Assembly (NCBI GenBank): GCA_976226885.1
Contig: OZ320321.1
Span: 35,836,001 to 35,900,000 of the forward strand
Direction: 5' to 3'
DNA length: 64,000 nt
Origin: Iphione sp. A-MEVVRFRX5
Lineage: Eukaryota
Shown here: piece after piece, positions 60,969 to 64,000 of the stretch
Layout: every line of letters begins with the position of its first letter
How positions within the stretch are numbered: position 1 is the stretch's first letter
The notes under the pieces: generated by a model
Database searches by the model: none
What the model was told of the DNA's origin: nothing
The model's input: only the letters and a program-made list of their open reading frames with translations
Translations under genes and position numbers: made by a program

Positions 60969-62198
60969 GCAGCCTTTCCCGCTCGTGTTCAAGCATGTTT
61001 AAAGCACGCACCCCGTCAATCGGGAACTTTTATTTTTGGGTACCTTTAGGGCAGCACTGGACCAAAGAATCTGTCACAACACCTGACGTTGATCCCAGCT
61101 CACCACTGAGAATAGAGGTCACTAAAAGAACGAATCACATGCATGTGATTCGTGCTTTCCTTCAAAGCAGTATGTCCCTATATATGTTGTCCTTGTGAGA
61201 ACAATCAAGAATAAATATTTAATGCATTATAAACTGGGAGGATGAGTGTTGAAGCGGCATAAAAGACAGTTATTCATGCATTTCACAAATGATATTCCAA
61301 GTAAGTAAGAACCACAACTTATTCGGAATAGCGAAGTCGTGTATACAGACTACGAAGTACAGGTATACCTCTATTAACGACACATATGTGTTCCATAACA
61401 TCATTAGTTAGAGAAACCTTTATATCGGAGGAATCCTACTCCAGTACATGTATGTGTTTCCAGGGTTACTTGATCATGAACCACTCATACTGATAGAGGT
61501 CTGTGACCATCACCTTCATTTTCAGTTATTTAATTTCAAAATGAATTTTAATAAGAGGCCTCAGACTTCTGTATTCCTTATACGAGAGCTTCTCTTCAGT
61601 AAACGAACACATTCTCAGAACAATTACTTAACCTACAACTGAAATCCTTCATACTTGTGATGCAAGCGCTTTTTTGAAGTGCTTATTGTTTTGGCTGGCA
61701 CAAGCCAGCAAAAAAGGACATCTGTTGAGATGGACGAACTCATACGGACAATTTTGTTTTTCAGATATAAAGTGATTTCGATGTATGTACTCACTCATGA
61801 AGTAACAGTTGACCCTAAGACGTTCCCCATTGGACGTATAAGCTATGCCATTGTTGGCACCGTCGGCCACATGCATGTGTTGCTTTGTATGACCGTTCCA
61901 GTACCAATACGTGACGACCTACATATTTACCTTTCATTTTTACATAATACTTCGTGCGAACTTTCAGAGAGCCGATTCGAGGATTTGAATGTTTTCCTTG
62001 CACTGTACTGAGGGAAGAATTGGTAACAGTCGCGTCACTTAGCGTCGCTGAGTGCTAATTTGATCAATATATTTGCTCGATATGTAAGATTGTTTTCAAT
62101 TTTGATCGTAGATGGTTACGCAGTGAAACAAAATAACGGCCAATATGATGGATCACTCAGTAGCAGTTAGTCGCAGTGGAGTTTGGCATACCGGAATG

Positions 62199-62357
62199 CA
62201 GGCCCGTAGCCAGGACCTTTTGTGGGGGGTATCGGCCGATACCCCTGATACCACAGGGGTGGAACTATTTTTTTTCTATTCCCATAAAGGCCAATAGATA
62301 TTAATTGCTCTGGGGGTATCGTCCGATACCCCCGATACCCCCTTGGCTACGGGCATG
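62199..62357. mobile_element. 159-bp MITE with a 5-bp TSD (hAT-like termini)
   Basis: GAATG|CAGGCCCGTAGCCAGG ... CCTTGGCTACGGGCATG|GAATG; internal GGGGTATCG..CGATACCCC palindromes. Confidence 0.7.
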
Positions 62358-63499
62358 GAATGGGCTCTGGTACTCCAGACTCCAGCATCTGGCTTCTGTG
62401 ATTCAGGAAACGTTCGTGGAGGGCTTAGTGCAATTGTAATTGCAAAATATGATGACACTGTTGTGAAAGCTTTTAGGGTTCTGACTGCATATAAGAGGAA
62501 AACTAACTTTGAATAAACAGACACTCTTATACCCACATACACCCTTACACTGTGTACTTGGAGTGAGCAGATTTTGCTAGTCAATTTTATTCGCTATCAT
62601 TAAAAAAATACAGATACTGACATAGTTCGTCATCAGTCTAAGGCACGTGACAATGATATACTATTCACTCAAATGAAATAGATATTAGATATTCATGCAC
62701 TGGAGTACCTAAGTATTAGAGAAAGTACGAGGACCAGCAATTACACGATATAAACTGCGAGGCAGAGCCGAGCTGTTTATAGAGTGTATTGCATGTTCGA
62801 AAAAAGACAACAACACAGCCCTCCCTGACAGAGACTCAACAGTACGATTACTGCATATAAATAATGGACTTGGGGGGATGGTAGGAACATAGAGAGAAGA
62901 GGTCGCCAGGGGTGGTTTAATGTTATAAACGTCACAGCGTATAGACGAAATAGAAGGAACAGAGTACATAATTATATTGTTATTTTTTTCACCTATGGAG
63001 CACCACACACCACATTCAAATAGTGGACGGAACGGAGTGATTTGGAACGTTAGACTCTGTCTACCTTTGTAATCCAGCTCTAAACAACTGCCGTAACTTT
63101 GGTACTGAGAGCAATTATAGAGGAACCGCGATAGCCAGAGGGCTTTATTCTAGTAACAAAAGTGTTCTTTTAAATCCAGGGCTCTTCTCTGAGTGGAAGC
63201 TTACCTGTGATTGTGTCCTGAAAAGAGAATGACATATACAACCAAGGTATTGGTGTATCGCACGAAAATTTCACAATTTCGCAAGAAATATTTTTATATG
63301 ATCATATGCAATCATGTGGCATAAGGTAAAATCTGTGCAAAATTAATTACAGTCAGGAGATATGAATGTAGATTGGTTGAAGAAAGAAACCACATATGAA
63401 CAAGGGTCCATATGCTAGGACCATATTTATACAAATAGTACAGAAGTCATAATTACATAGTGGCATCTGGGATATCAATGTTAGTGAACATTTTCTTAT

Positions 63500-63960
63500 T
63501 TATTGTCGTTACAAGACGACACATGCCAAATTAAGCAGAAAACATATAAACATAGGAACTACAAGGGGTATAATTGTGCAAATTTATGCTGATGATTTGG
63601 AGAAACAGAACTGGGATAATCCTGAGGGAACAACATTGCAGGAAGGGTGGGTCCTGTTATTAGGTAACGGTATAAAAGCATTAGATACAGTTGCACATTA
63701 CATGGAATGTAATCAGAGAGGTAGGACATTACCTTGGGTTAATGAGATAACCACAAACCGTAGGAAAGAATGAGATTATTTTGTAAGGAAATTTCGTATC
63801 GCCAAAAACATTGATGATAACAGAATAGCGATTTACTACAGAAACCGGGTTAGTAACGAAATGTGTAGGGTGTATACTGGGATTGTAAGAAACAACATCA
63901 GGAAGTCACAAAATGATCCAAGGAAACACTGATCGACTTTAAGTAAACACATTTTTGGCT
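63500..63960 (+). mobile_element. Decayed LINE ORF2 linker fragment
   Basis: TLPWVNE... and YRNRVSNEMCR...RNNIRKSQNDPRKH resemble the PW.../YRN.V...R...W..L pattern of CR1/L2 ORF2. Confidence 0.4.
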
Positions 63961-64000
63961 TAAGTACAAAATCTTTCTAAAGGAGAATGGGCTGCTACTA

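Overview
Animal genomic DNA, AT-rich and dense in transposons. The style suggests a marine invertebrate such as amphioxus, but that is inference only. Two host genes are on the minus strand: (i) the first coding exon of a secreted frizzled-related protein (sFRP1/2/5-type CRD, 19178-19781), whose later exons I could not find in the window; (ii) a complete CUB-domain S1 serine protease (signal peptide, propeptide, CUB, PAPT linker, protease domain; 9 coding exons giving 499 aa, plus a probable non-coding first exon, 50620-~60935). Between them is a triple-nested mobile element stack. The outer element is a full-length Ngaro-type tyrosine-recombinase retrotransposon (38724-48769, split direct repeats A1-ORFs-B1-A2-B2). 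Its recombinase ORF is split at a TTAA by a 5.4-kb piggyBac (40058-45486). That piggyBac has a 7-exon transposase and a second, convergent, intact 3-exon gene for a 90-aa protein of unknown function. The transposase is in turn knocked out by a 108-bp Penelope-like hammerhead-ribozyme fragment with an 11-bp target-site duplication. The rest is decayed LINEs (RTE, CR1/L2 group), tRNA-derived SINEs, Harbinger/Tc1/hAT-like MITEs, a higher-order hairpin satellite, minisatellites and degenerate gene relics. All splice models and family assignments were made by hand; no database searches were run.
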